Assembly (NCBI GenBank): GCA_964016885.1
Contig: OZ024740.1
Span: 71,920,001 to 71,984,000, forward strand
Source: Eledone cirrhosa
Lineage: Eukaryota
Direction: 5' to 3'
Length of the DNA: 64,000 nucleotides
Below are positions 1-12,480 of the stretch, one piece after another (the first letter of the stretch is position 1; every line of letters starts with the position of its first letter). The notes below the pieces were generated by a model. The model had not been told where the DNA came from. It did no database searches and saw only the letters and a list, made by a program, of their open reading frames with translations. Position numbers and translations under genes: made by a program.

Positions 1-5
1 ACATT

Positions 6-112
6 GCTGACAATTGTTTCTTTGATCTGGTAGGTCTAGAGTTCGCTACTCGCTTGATGTTGCGTCAATCGATCTCCAATACTTTGTTTATAACCAGTCG
101 TTTCATCAGAGC
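6..112 (-). ncRNA. Type I hammerhead ribozyme motif with ~82-nt helix II region (Penelope-like terminus)
   Basis: Minus strand reads gct-CTGATGA-(82 nt, gactgg...ccagatc)-GAAA-caattg-TC-agc. Palindromic helix III, GUC cleavage site, helix I gct/agc. Confidence 0.7.
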
Positions 113-430
113 GTGTGAAAGTGAGGAAGATACTCAAGGCATGGCTTTTATAGAGGAGTGGTATTAAACCAGAACAATAATATCAATAATAAAATAACTA
201 GATACTGAATAGTTAAAATAATAACATCAATAGAAGTAAGAAATAGAGTATAATGATGAATCTAGCATATTAAACGAACTGATATGATACAGATGTATGA
301 AATTGACATGTGATGTAGTGTTAAGATGGTGGAGAGATTACTGATAAAATGTTAATACCATCCACAACACGGAGTACTCTAACTGGACTACATTCTAAGT
401 GGACTACCTATAACGATAACCTGTTATCCC

Positions 431-432
<2 letters not shown>

Positions 433-474
<42 letters not shown>

Positions 475-1280
475 TAAAATGCACACATAGTTTGTTTACA
501 TTGTCCTACGGTGCATTTCTTTTCATATATACTCACATATATATGCATTCACATCTATACTCACATATACACTCACACATACATACACATTACAAAGGAG
601 ATATACATTTAATTCTCACAAAATATATACCAGCATAAAATAACAAATGCTAAGTGATGATGTTGATGCTGTTATATGTATAGACATGTATAGACATGTC
701 TATGTGTGTATATGCGTGTGTATGTGTGTGTATATGTATGTATATGTGTGTATGTGTGTGCACATGCATGGTTATGTGTGTGTTTTATAAATGTTTATTT
801 AGATGTGTTGTATTTATTGGATGCCATGAAAACATTGATGCCATGAATGATGTTACTTTCTCTCACTCTCTCTCTCTCACACTCCCCCTCTCTCTCTCTC
901 ATGCACACACACTCCCCCTCTCTCTCTCTCATGCACACACACACTCCCCTTCTCTCTTTCTCTCATGCACACACACACTCCACTCTTTCTCTTACTTTTC
1001 CTGTCTTTCTCACTTACTCTTCCTCTCTCATTCTATGTATGTATCTCCCACTCTCTCTCTCTCCCTTTCTCTCTCACTCCATGTATGTCTCTGTTACTCT
1101 GCTTCTCTCTCTCTACCCCTATCTTTCTCCCTCTCTGTTACTCTGTATATGTCTCTCTCTGACTCAGTTTCTCTTACTCCATTCATGTCTCTCTTACTCT
1201 CTCTCCCTTTCTTCTCCTCTCTCCCTCTCTCTTCCTCTCTCCATGTATGCATCTCTCTCTCCCTCTCTCCCCATTCTCTC
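433..1280. repeat. Compound microsatellites (TA)n, (GA)n, degenerate (TG)n and (CT)n
   Basis: Directly visible; explains the low-complexity ORFs 696-1347. Confidence 0.95.
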
Positions 1281-1639
1281 AGCTAGATTCTCCCACTCTC
1301 TCACTCCAAGGATCAATAATTCTGACTCAATCACCATTACAGTGTAAGAGATTCTCCAAGCGAATCAATGATTATACATTTGGTCATTTTGAGAAGTGGC
1401 AGACGTCGGTCAGTTAAGAATGAAGCCCTAGTTGAGTGTGTAAATGTTGCAGAAGATCTGAGTACATCAACTCCAAGGTGGTAAAAACAGACTGGACTTA
1501 CTTAGACATTGTTCCAGTGTATTCTTAAAACCTTCAATCTGTTTCTGTATAAAATACAGTTGGTGTTACAGCTGAAGCTACCAAATTATGCCCAAAGATT
1601 GCAATATACAATCTCCCTTCAGGACCTTTGCCCCAATCT

Positions 1640-1851
1640 ATAGGTGTAGGTGTCATGGCAAAAAACATCCATTCCACACTGTAAATGAGATTGGCACTAG
1701 GAAGGCCATCCAGCTGTAGAAATCAAGCCCAAATCGGTTCTGTACAAGCAAGACATGGTCACCTGACTTGGCATTGCTCACAACAGGTTAACTCGTCTAA
1801 CCCATGCCAGTGTGAAAAATGGACATTAAACGGAAATGATGATGATGATGA

Positions 1852-1891
<40 letters not shown>

Positions 1892-1940
1892 GTATGTATA
1901 TATTTATACAGATAGATGTTAAACGATGATGATGATGATA
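1640..1940 (+). mobile_element. RTE LINE 3' UTR fragment(s) with (GAT)n tails
   Basis: ggaagg.catccagctgtagaaa...ccatgc...ggac.ttaaac(gat)n matches the 3' ends at 5370, 7690 and 49474. Confidence 0.8.
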
Positions 1941-2422
1941 TATATATATGTATTTACATATATATTCATATATAAATATATATTATAAAAATGAGTCAAT
2001 AATATACATTATATTTCAATGAATATTATCACTTAGAATAATTCAGAGAAGCTTATAAATACAAATATTGAACTATCTCAAATAAGGCTGTGAATTGACT
2101 AGAGCGAAAATCATAGAGTACCTTAAAATAAAGGAATCTTATACACATATCATCTCAGAGGCAAACTTCATTGTTAAGCAATCTAAATACCTAGGGCTTA
2201 ATGAATGTGTTCCTTCTAACTGTAGTTTCACTGGTTAAAATCACAGAAATTATCTATCTTAATTGATTAAGATAATCAACCTTTACCAGAAAACTTGTCT
2301 GATCATCGGAGAGGGTTTTCTGTTGACAGAATTAAGAGAGACAAAATATATCTACCTGTTGTCGGATCTCATGCAAGCCTGAAATAAAACCAAGATGGTG
2401 AACAATAATGTATGCATGTGCA

Positions 2423-2532
<110 letters not shown>

Positions 2533-3023
2533 AGTATTTCCGTAGAAAAGGTAAAGGAAAGAAGAGTGCTCTATGTATTGTACAGAGCTATTTAATTAAT
2601 TATATATATATATATAATGACTGTCTGGAACTAGCTGTTGAAACGGCAAGAGCTCAGCCATCAGGATCCTGACTCTTTCATATAACCAGTCTACTATAGA
2701 ATAACCAATATTGGAAGAATTTAAGTTCCTTGACCGGGAGGTGAATTCTTCTTAGAAATAAGGGAACAAGTTGAAAATATATCATACATACCATTTCGTT
2801 GCTAGACCACATGGTGAACAAGGTGTTGTATCGTTGATATACTATATGAATATATTCCACCCAAGGGGACAAGTTGAATATATATCATATATACCATGAC
2901 ATTGGTAGACCGCAAAGTGAAACGTGATGCAACACTGAATTAGTGTATGAATATTTTCTACTTAATATATTAAGATAATACATCAGGCTTATATTGATGC
3001 TGGAAATAGTTGCTGAAACCGTC

Positions 3024-3129
3024 TAAATCAGCTCAACAATGATGGAGCAGTCAATATTAATTTTAGAGACAGTTAACTTTACAGAGTTAAAATTAATATT
3101 GATTGCTCCATCATTGTTGAGCTGATTTA
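3024..3129. repeat. 42-bp near-perfect inverted repeat with 22-nt spacer
   Basis: Arms 3024-3065 and 3088-3129 are reverse complements with one G/T mismatch. Confidence 0.95.
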
Positions 3130-3400
3130 CTGTCTTCAGTCCTTCATAGTCCTTGATACTCCTTATACAATTTCTTGATTGAAGTGCAATTTTTATGTCC
3201 ATTTTGATAGGGGTATTTGCTTTTCCCCACACTTCTTGGATATTCTGATTAGTGTTTTTTTACAGCAACTGGAAGTGTCTCCCTGAGTTCAAAGTGATTG
3301 TAAAGAAAACACAAGAGCATTTGTTGTTTGGAGGGGAATCGAGTCTGAGGTAATTCCTGCTTTTTCTCAAGCAGCTAAATGGCCTTTTTGGTTTCCATTC
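3130..3400 (-). pseudogene. Degenerate N-terminus of a DNA-transposon-associated protein (cc8L18.2-like family)
   Basis: Frameshifted minus-strand reading ELPQTRFPSKQQMLLCFLYNH..TLPVAVKKT / QEVWGKANTPI / IKKLYKEYQGL resembles the LPS..VL..F.Y.H...W.KA.IP...LY.EY pattern I recall for this family. Confidence 0.5.
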
Positions 3401-3636
3401 TCTTACTCACTATGAAAGATAAAAAGCAAAATCAATCAACCAATTATATTTGAACAAGCCTTTGACTTCTTACATTTCTGGAACCCATTCAGGCTATGAA
3501 AAACAACAGGAAAAAAAAATTATATCATAACTTTATAACAACAGATGGATCTTGACGGAAACCAGCATGCTTACTACTCCTAACAAAACCAGCACTGAAC
3601 CAAGAATGCAATAAATGCAATAAACTGCATTAGGGC

Positions 3637-3800
3637 CGGACGCCATGTTTTGCAGCATAGAGTTATGGCTCTTTGAGTTCTGAGTTCAAATCCCGCCAAG
3701 GTTAACTTTGCCTTTCATATTTACTGGGTCGATAAAATAAAGCACCAGTAACGCACTGGGGGTAATTGCTGGCCTTGTGCCAAAAGTAGAAACAATTATT
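3637..3800 (+). mobile_element. tRNA-derived SINE (Meta-domain type), 5' truncated
   Basis: B box gagttcaaatccc, core aactttgcctttcat...gggtcgataaaataaag.accag, tail ggccttgtgccaaaagtagaaac. Confidence 0.88.
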
Positions 3801-4206
3801 GTTAACTCAAAGCTCACCTCATCAACGTGATACCAAATCCTTCTTTGTACGAACAATTAAAACAAATCTCTGATGTAAAATTATTTCTACATACTTAGTT
3901 TAAGTTAATGGTTCATTTCTTTTTCATTCAGGATCCTATAAATGGTAGAAACGTCTCTTACATGTACACAGACAGAAACGGACAAAAACTGAAACCTGGC
4001 TACAATCAACAAGTGTTAAAGTAAAATTTTTTCTTTTTTTTTTTTTTTGCATATCATTTGAAAAGCACCAAACTGTGCAACTTCTAAATATATCTGTATC
4101 TCCTATTTTCGCCTGTGCTATTTTCATATGAAATGGCGTAATCGACATAAGGTGATTCCAATAGAATGAAATTTTCACTATAAATATGAAATACCCTAAT
4201 ATACAT

Positions 4207-4405
4207 ATCATCACCATTTAACATCCATTGTTTCCATGCCAGTATGGGTTAGATGAGATATCCTGTTTTGAGAAATGCCAGGTCAGGTGACCATGTCTTG
4301 CTCATACAGAACTGATTTGGGCTTGGTTTCTACAGCTGGATGTCCTTCCTAATGCCAACCACATTTTCAGTGAGTACTGGCTTCTTTTTGGCGTGACATC
4401 TACAC
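4207..4405 (-). mobile_element. RTE LINE 3' UTR fragment
   Basis: Reverse complement resembles 5190-5370. Confidence 0.75.
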
Positions 4406-4407
4406 AA

Positions 4408-5370
4408 CTACACAGGAAACAAGCACTACCAAATTCGGGGGGGGGGGGGGGGGGCTCTGTAGAAACAGTAGACAGCTTCTGCTACCCAGGTGACCGAATT
4501 AGCAGCGGAGGTAGGTGTTCTGAAAGTACAGTAACCAAGGTAAGAACAGGATGGAAGAAGTTCAGGGAGCTACTACCACTGCTAGCTGTGAAAGGCTTTT
4601 CCCTCAAAATGAAAGGCAGACTGTATGATACATGCATATGAACAGCAATGTTACATAGTAGTGAGACCTGAGTTTTGGGTGCAGAAGACTTGCGTGGATT
4701 AGAAAGAAACGAAGCTTGCATGTTCCGATGGATGTATAATAGTAATATACGCGAACGGCAAAGCATAAACAAATTGAGGGAGAGACTAAGCATAAGAGGA
4801 ATCAAATGCTGTGTGCAGGAGAGATTATGTTGGTATGGACATGTGATGCGTATGAAAGATGACAGCTGCATAAAAAGGTGCAAAGCACTAAAAGTCGATG
4901 GAAGCCTTGTAGTGGGAAGACCCAAGAAGACCTGGGATGAGGTGATAAAAACTGACCTTGTCTAATTGCATCTCTCAAAGGTGATGACACAGGACCAAGA
5001 CCTCTGGTATTACGCAGTAATACAGAAGATCCAACTTCCCACAGATACAAGCCGAAGCTGAAGCATATAGACAATATGCCTCCAGCTCCCTTCCACTGTA
5101 AAGTGCTTGTGTAGGTGTCACGACAAAAAGCACCCAGTCCACACTGTAAAGTGGTCGTGTAGGTGCCATGGTTAAAAAGCACCCCGTACTCACAGTAAAT
5201 GAGGTTGGTGTTAGGAAGGGCATCCAGCTGTAGAAATCAAGCCCAAATCAGTTCCCATACAAGCAAGACATGGTCACCTGACCTGCCATTGCCCACAACA
5301 GGACAACCAATCTAGTCTATGCTAGCATGGAAGAATGGACATAAAACGGTGATGATGATGATGATGATGA
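4408..5370 (+). mobile_element. RTE LINE, 5'-truncated (C-terminal ORF, 3' UTR, (GAT)n tail)
   Basis: ORFs 4393-4641 and 4675-4965: GWKKFRELLPLL, WYGHVMRM, GRPKKTW; in-frame stops. Confidence 0.92.
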
Positions 5371-5459
5371 CATGTATGTACATATATATCGGTATATATA
5401 TGCACATATATATACATATACCATATCCTATCTACTACCATTACTGCTATCATTATTAT

Positions 5460-5765
5460 GTTGACTTTGCCTTTCATCCTTACGGGGTCAATAAAATAAA
5501 GTATCAGTAATGCACTGGGTTTTGCTGGCCTTGTGCCAAAAGTAGAAACAATTATTATAGGTAATAGCAGGGTGGTGGATTGGCAGTATCGGTAGAGGGT
5601 CGGACACCATGCTTTGACGCATAGAGTTACGGTCCTTGCCATTCTGAGTTCAAATCCCGCCGAGGTTAACTTTGCCTTTCATCCTTACGGGGTCGATAAA
5701 ATAAAGTACCAGTAATACACTGGATTTTGCTGGCCTTGTGCCAAAAGTAGAAACAATTATTATAG
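5460..5765 (+). mobile_element. Tandem SINE copies (partial 5460-5560; near full-length 5570-5765)
   Basis: A box tggcagtatcgg, B box gagttcaaatccc, Meta-like core; both copies end ...acaattattataggtaatag. Confidence 0.9.
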
Positions 5766-6005
5766 GTAATAGTGCTACAACCACTATTTTTCTTATTATT
5801 ATTTTTATTATCTATCTTTCTTTATGCCCCTTTTATATGCTTTCTACGTCTACTACTCTCACAACTATTTCCCCAATCTTTGAGACACACAAACTACATG
5901 CCTCTGCCTTTTTATATCTTTATATATATATATAAATATATGTATATATATATATAATACTAACACTTGTACTGCACTCTTCGCTTTGTTTTGTTTTCTG
6001 TTTTA

Positions 6006-6056
<51 letters not shown>

Positions 6057-6060
<4 letters not shown>

Positions 6061-7688
6061 GGCATCTTGGTCTGTAGGTCACACTATAACCACACGTATT
6101 GTTAACCAGGTAATACTAGAAGTGTCATACCAAAAGATTGGTGCAGTAGCATCATTGTCAACTGCTACAAAGGTAAAGGTGATGCACTAGATAGAGGAAA
6201 CTATAGAGGTATAAAGTTGATGGACCAGGTCATGAAAGTAACAGAAAGAGTTATAGCACAGTTGATTAGGGACCGGGTGAAAATAGATGAGATGCAATTT
6301 GGGTTTGTACCAGGAAGAGGCACCACTGATGCCCTCTTCCTTGTGAGGCAATTACAGGAAAAGTACCTAGCTAAAAGTAAGCCACTCTACTTGGCATTTG
6401 TTGACCTTGGGAACTCCTGTATGCTGATGACCTCGCACTTATAGCTGAATCTATGGTAGAACTAGAGAATAAATTCCAAACTTGGGAGCAGGGACTAGAA
6501 AGAAAGGGTCTCAAAGTCAACATGACAAAGACTAAGGTCCTTGTAAGTAGACGAGAAAACAGAACCCAGATCCCCCCAGGGAAATGGCCTTACTCAGTAT
6601 GTAGGAAAGGTGTAGGTAGGAACTCCATTCTCTGCCCCAAATGCAAACAATGGGTACACAAGAGATGTAGCGGGATCTCAGGAAGCTTAATTAAGAATGT
6701 AAGCTTCACATGGAGCAACTGTGCTGAGACAGCAAGCAGTAAACAGCCACAGGAAACAAGTACACCAATCTCTGGGAGGGCTCTGTAGAAACAGTATACA
6801 GCTTCTGCTACCTAGGTGACCGAATTAGCACCGGAGGTGGGTGTTCAGAAAGTACAATAACTAGGGTAAGAACGGGATGGAAGAAGTTTAGGGAACTACT
6901 ACCACTGCTAGCTGCAAAAGGCTTCTCCCTCAGAATGAAAGGCAGACTGTATGATGCGTGTATCCGAACAGCAATGTTGCATGGTAGTGAGACCTGGGCG
7001 CTGAAGGTGGAAGACTTACGTAGATTAGAGAGAAACGAAGCCTGCATGCTCCGATGGATGTGTAACAGTAATATACATGAACGACAAAGCATAAATGAAT
7101 TGAGAGAGAGACTGAGCATAAGAGGAATCAAATGCTGTGTGCAGGAGAGGTGGTTGCGCTGGTATGGACATGTGATGCGTATGAAGGATGACAGCTGCAT
7201 AAAAAGGTGCAGAGCACTAGAAGTTGATGGAAACCGCGGAGTGGGGAGACCGAAGATGACCTGGGATGAGGTGATAAAAGCCGACCTTACCCAATTACAC
7301 CTCTCAAAGGCAATGACACACGACCGTGACTTCTGGCATCACGCAGTAATACAGAGTACCCGACCTCCCATGCGTACAAGCTGAAGCATATAGACAATAT
7401 GCCCCCACACCCCCACACAACAAGGTGGTCGTGGAGGTGCCACGACAAAAAAGCACCCAGCCCACACTGTAAAGGGGATGTGTAGGCGCCACGAAAAAGC
7501 ACCCAGCACTCACTGTAAATAAGGTTGGTGTTAGGAAGGGCATCCAGCTGTAGAAATCAAGCCAAATCAGTTCCTGTATGAGCAACGCATGGTCAGCCGA
7601 CCAGACACTGCCCACAACAGGACAACCCGTCTAACCCATGCTAGCGTGGAAGAACGGACGTAAAACGGTGATGATGATGATGATGATG

Positions 7689-7690
<2 letters not shown>
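6057..7690 (+). mobile_element. RTE LINE, 5'-truncated, with ~250-bp internal deletion at ~6410
   Basis: Nearly identical to 47602-49474. QFGFVPGRGTTDA; the reading jumps from FVDL to (W)ELLYADD. Confidence 0.93.
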
Positions 7691-7724
<34 letters not shown>

Positions 7725-7726
<2 letters not shown>

Positions 7727-7974
7727 CCAGCCCGAAACAAATGAGGTCGTATAGGTGTCACGACAAAAAAACACACAGTCCACGCTGTAATGCGGCCGTG
7801 TAGGTAACACGGTAAAAACCTCTCAGTCCACACTGTAAATGTGGTTGGTGTTAGGAAGGGCATCCAGCTGTAGAAAACCCGCCAGACAGTCCTATATGAG
7901 CAAGACAACCAATCTTGCCTCAAGTGGGAAATTCCCGTCCAAACCCAAGCAAGCGTAGAAGATGGACGTTAAAC

Positions 7975-8005
<31 letters not shown>
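7725..8005 (+). mobile_element. RTE LINE 3' UTR (second subfamily) with (GAT)n tail
   Basis: Matches the reverse complement of 19310-19790 and 53440-53690. Confidence 0.85.
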
Positions 8006-8007
<2 letters not shown>

Positions 8008-8465
8008 ATATATATGTATATATGTGTATGTATGTGTGTGTGTGTGTGTGTGTGTAGCAAATAAAATTAGAGTTTAGTGTTTCTGAAGGAGACCATCGAT
8101 CAAACAGGAATTTCAAGACTAGAAATAGGTAGTAGCTTAACCACTACCATGCTAGTCGATACATCAATGTTCCATGATCAATCGACCCTCTGAAACGATC
8201 ATAAAACAATAAACTAATTAGCTAGCTACCACTGACTTCTGTTTTTGTTTTCATTGTTCTATGCACAAACACATCTATATATATGTATCAGAAAGTTAGA
8301 AGCTTCATCGAATTTGTTGATTATAGAAAATTGTTTAAATAATAGGACATATTAGCAGCTACAGAAGCTTCTGGCATTCTTAGAAATTTAAAATTTTACT
8401 CATTGTTTCTATACATGTTTGTTTAGTTTTTGTTAAGTATGTATAGTTTTCAAATATCAGGAGAT

Positions 8466-8538
8466 GGGCACTTTGGTGTAATGGTGGCATTTCTACCCAG
8501 TAAACATGAAGATGAGGGTTCATGTCCCATAGGGGCTA
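8466..8538 (+). pseudogene. Degenerate tRNA-like sequence or SINE head
   Basis: A box tggtgtaatgg and B-box-like ggttcatgtcc about 40 nt apart; cloverleaf pairing is poor. Confidence 0.4.
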
Positions 8539-8675
8539 ATGTCCATTTTCTCCATTAATCACGGGGGGGGGGGGGTCTTATATGCCCTATTATTTTAACT
8601 ATTTTTCTTTAGTAAAAAAAAAAATTACTTTCTCTTAAATTTTAAATTCTGCTCTTTATTTGTAAATGCACATTT

Positions 8676-9240
8676 GTGATGATGATAATGATGATGATGA
8701 TGGCGACGATGACGATGATGGTGCTGTTGATGGTGATGATGGTGATGACGATGGTGATGATGATGATGATGATCCATGCTGTATCTGTATATATAGTTTG
8801 GTCAGTACATTAATACACAGTAAACATTTTAATCAAGTGGCCAACACCACAACCAACACCAACCTCAACACCACCACCATCACCACCACCAACATCACCA
8901 ACACCATCACCACCTCCAACACCACCACCACCTCATCTGCCACCACCACCAACACTTCATCCAACACCAACCCCAAAACCACCATCACCACCAACACCAA
9001 CACTTCATCCAACACCAACCCCAAAATCACATCACCACCACCACCACCAACACTTCATCCAACACCAACCCCCAAAACACCACCACCACCACTACCACAA
9101 CTAGCGCCCCCCACCACTCCAACTATCGCCCCCACCACCAACAACAACACCACCTCATCTGTCACCATCACCAACACCACCTTTACCACCACCACCACCA
9201 CCACCACCATCACCGCCACCACCGTCACCACTTCCACCAT
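8676..9240. repeat. Degenerate (GAT)n and (ACC)n triplet repeats
   Basis: Directly visible. Confidence 0.93.
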
Positions 9241-9436
9241 GTCTGTATATAGAATGTTTTTTAAAAAATTTGTTTGGTTCTGTTTATTTTATTTTGTTGC
9301 CAGAATCTGTATAAAGGCCAAACATTAGCAGGTTTAACAGAGTGAATGATTCAACAATTAATTATGAGATATACAGCTGCCATCTTGTATCTTCACTGAC
9401 CAGACTAACATATTCCACTATATATGTCTATAGATA

Positions 9437-10695
9437 GTGGTGGTGGTGGTAGTGGTGGTATTGTTGTTGTTGTTGGTGGTGGTGGTGGTACTGATGGGGA
9501 TGGTGGTGGTGTTCATGGTGGTTGTGGTGGTCATGGTGGTCATGGTGCTGGTGGTAGGTGGTAGTTGTGGTGGTGGCGGTGGTGGTCGTCGCGGTAGTGA
9601 TGGTGGTGGTAATGGTGGTGGTGGTGGAGGTGGTGGTGGCAGTAGTGGTGGTTGAAGTGGTGGTGGTGGTGATGGTGGCGATGGTGGTGGTGGTGGTGGC
9701 GGCGGCAGAGGTTGTGGTACTGATGGTGATGGTGGTAGTGGTAGGTGGTAGTTGTGGTGGTGGTGGTGGTAGTGGCGGTAGCGGCGGTGGTGGTCCTCGC
9801 GGTGGTGATGGTGGTGGTACTCATGGTGGTGGTGGTGGTGTTGGAGGTAGTTGTGGTGGTGGTGGAGGTGGTGGTTGTGGCAGTGGTACTGATGGTTGTA
9901 GTGGTGTTGGTGGTAGTTGTGGTGGTGGTGGTGGTAGTTGTGGTGGTGGTGGTGGGGGTGATGGCGATGGTGGTGTTGGAGGTGGTGATGATGGTACTGA
10001 TGGTTGTGGTGGTGGTGGTAGTTGTGGTGGTAGTGGTGGTGGTGATGGTGATGGTATTGGTGGAGGTGGTGGTGGAGGTGGTGGTAGTGGCCGTGGTACT
10101 GATGGTTGTTATGGTGGTGGTAGTTGTGGTGGTGGTGGTGGTGGTGGTGATGGTGATGGTATTGGTGGTGGTAGTGGCCATGGTACTGATGGTTGTGGTG
10201 GTGGTGGTAGTTGTGGTGGTGGTGGTGGTGGTGGTGGAGGTGGTGGTAGTGGCTGTGGTACTGATGGTTGTGGTGGTGGTGGTAGTTGTGGTGGTGGTGG
10301 TGGTGGTGGTGGTGGAGGTGGTGGTAGTGGCTGTGGTACTGATGGTTGTTGTGGTGGTGGTGGTGTTGGTGGTAGGTGTGCTGGTGGTGATGTTAGTGGT
10401 AGGTGTGGTGGTAGTTGTGGTGGTGATGGCGATGGTGGTGGTAGTGGAGGTGGTGATGGTGGTGGTACTGATGGTTGTGGCGGTGGTAGTGGTGTTGGTG
10501 GTAGTTGTGGTGGTGGTGGTGGTGGTGGTGGTTGCGGTATTGGTGATGACAGCAGTGGTGGTGGTGGTGATGGTGGTGGAGTTGGTGGTGATGATGGTGG
10601 TGGTGGTGAAGGTGGTGGTGATTGTGGTAGTGGTGTTGGTGTTGGTGGTGGTGGTGTTGATGGTTGTGGTGATAGTGATAGTGGTATGATGGTGA

Positions 10696-10730
<35 letters not shown>

Positions 10731-10960
10731 TTGGTGGTGGTGGTGGTAGTCGCGGTGGTGGTGGTATTGGTGGTATTGGTGATGGTGGTAGTCATGGTGG
10801 TGGTGGCGGTTGTGGTAGTGGCGGTGGTGGCAGTGGCAGATGAGGTGATGGTGGTGGTGGTGTTGGTGATGGTTATGGCGATGTTAGTTGTTGTTGGTAC
10901 TGCTGTTGCTGAGTCTTGTGGTAATGTGGAGGTGCTAATGGTGGTGTTTATGCTAGAGGT
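9437..10960. repeat. 1.5-kb degenerate (GGT)n array with recurring higher-order motif ggtactgatggttgtggtggtggtggtagttgt
   Basis: Directly visible; gives stop-free frames on both strands. Confidence 0.93.
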
Positions 10961-11124
10961 GGTGGGAAATTTTTTTATCATTGCCTATATTAAACATATT
11001 ATGTTTCCATGGTTACAATGACGCAGCTAATGCACTGCAATGCAACTGCTTGTATAAATCTGTTGATTGCACTATTTTCTTTGAGTGATAAAGTTACATA
11101 TTTTTTTGCATCTTCATAAAACAC

Positions 11125-11525
<401 letters not shown>

Positions 11526-12039
11526 TTTACAAAGAAAACATTGACAGTGAATTTGAAGCTTTGCTAATAATCAGACTGTCTGGCAAAGTTGGCTATTAGC
11601 AAAACTTCGAAGACTCTGTCAAGCTATTCTTTATAAAAATATGTTTGTACTCTACATGTATGTACATTATGCTGAATATTTTTATGGCTGATGCTTGAAA
11701 GTATTTATGAACAATTACATATAAAACACACACGCACATACACACATATATATATATGTATATAAATATATATATATACAGAGAAATGGAGAGATGCATC
11801 ATATATACATATATAAATACATACATGCTTGCTCATAGTAAACTGTTTTTGACTTGGTTTCTATTGCTGGATGCCCTTCCTAACACCAATCACATTTACA
11901 GTGGGGATATATACATATATATATAGAAAGAGTAAAAGACTGATGATTTCCTATTAAAAGCCGGAACAATGCGGTAGGAAATTATTAAGGGCAAATGATG
12001 ACATATGAAACAAAAAAAAACTAAAGTAATGTTTTACCC

Positions 12040-12480
12040 AGTGTATTTTAGCATGATATTTCAATGCTATAACTCTCTTTTCAGACGTGAAGCTGAAACA
12101 GTCCCCGACAAAACAAATGAGCAATCAGAATGTTCAGAGTTTTCTTCCCTAACTGGTCAATGTGTTTGTAAAACACATGCATATATATATGGGGTTGCTA
12201 CAGTTACTATTCTGTCTCATGCATTTCAGAGATATCATTTATCTCTGGTTTTATTTGGTTGATGAAAATGGCTTCCTTATTCCTTAAATTTCCCATATTC
12301 CTTTCAGTCATCTCTATGGTGACCTCAATATCTTGGTTGTGGCATCTGTCAAGAGGTCTTTTAATGGAAAAGGCTCTCATTGTACGTGTTCATTGATCTG
12401 TATATGTAGCCTCCTTATGGTACTTCTGATGTATTAGGTGCTACATTTTTTGCACATGATCTTATAGCCCACATATGCTC
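12040..12480 (-). mobile_element. Degenerate Penelope-like 3' fragment (GIY-YIG remnant)
   Basis: Minus strand reads VGYKIMCKKCST*YIRSTIRRLHIQINEH. A decayed ctgaaaa...gaaa motif lies near 12060-12087. Confidence 0.6.

Noticed and set aside
1500-1640. Minus-strand mini-exon KQIEGFKNTLEQCL with gtaagt donor
   Set aside because: Resembles the decayed C-terminus of a CR1/L2-type LINE ORF.
3266-3349. Apparent plus-strand exon (tacag...gag|gtaatt) with an in-frame TGA, suggesting a selenoprotein (QLEVSPUVQSDCK...)
   Set aside because: It matches no selenoprotein motif I know, I saw no SECIS, and the opposite strand reads as a decayed transposon protein.
3932-4020. Possible exon DPINGRNVSYMYTDRNGQKLKPGYNQQVL, with an NGQ.LKPGYN resemblance to bacterial IS1182 transposases
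   Set aside because: Short match lacking the intervening catalytic motif, weak donor, no partner exon; likely subterminal transposon DNA.
4437-4454. G18 run inside an RTE ORF
   Set aside because: Other copies read tctgggagggc here; homopolymer expansion or sequencing error.
11940-11992. CTGATGA...GAAA motif
   Set aside because: The GAAA is sequestered in a simple tttccta/taggaaa hairpin; no helix I or III.
12309-12382. Possible plus-strand exon HLYGDLNILVVASVKRSFNGKGSH
   Set aside because: Better explained as the antisense of a degenerate Penelope GIY-YIG region.
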